Origin: Eledone cirrhosa
Lineage: Eukaryota
Direction: 5' to 3'
NCBI GenBank assembly: GCA_964016885.1
Contig: OZ024746.1
Span: 46,004,001-46,068,000 of the forward strand
DNA length: 64,000 nucleotides
Within the stretch, counting starts at the first letter, position 1; every line of letters starts with the position of its first letter. Positions 63,931 to 64,000 of this stretch are shown here, piece by piece. Made by a program: the position numbers and the translations under genes. The notes beneath the pieces were generated by a model that was not told the origin of the DNA, made no database searches, and saw only the letters and a list, made by a program, of their open reading frames with translations.

Positions 63931-64000
63931 TTAATAATGCAAATGTTAGTTATATTATTAAATCTCTCCCAGATCTCGATTATTTTCAAAATTATTTCAA

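Overview
AT-rich, microsatellite-dense animal genomic DNA. The repeat families and (TA)n load suggest an octopus or other coleoid cephalopod, but that assignment is inference. The whole window lies inside one minus-strand gene for a receptor (membrane) guanylyl cyclase. Five GT-AG exons with matching phases (54655-54811, 50246-50395, 29889-30060, 20210-20350, 5868-6060; 813 nt, 271 codons) encode the end of the kinase-homology domain, the coiled-coil hinge and the start of the cyclase domain. The introns are filled with mobile DNA: a near-intact Penelope-like element (Naiad-type; 810-bp pseudo-LTRs; RT and GIY-YIG split by one missing base), a 5'-truncated RTE LINE, RTE/CRE/R4 remnants, two tRNA-derived SINE families, Helitron-type elements, and mariner and piggyBac MITEs. 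The main hidden signal is a set of hammerhead ribozyme (HHR) motifs, mostly in small inserts within (TA)n tracts. The best is a complete type I HHR (931-1021, minus strand, sense to the host pre-mRNA) inside a non-coding 516-nt unit with an ~82-nt terminal redundancy, resembling a retrozyme or mini-Penelope element. Others are a minimal HHR locked in a ~170-bp fold-back, C4-variant HHRs in the Penelope pLTRs, and several decayed copies. Almost all short ORFs in the track are microsatellite or antisense artefacts.
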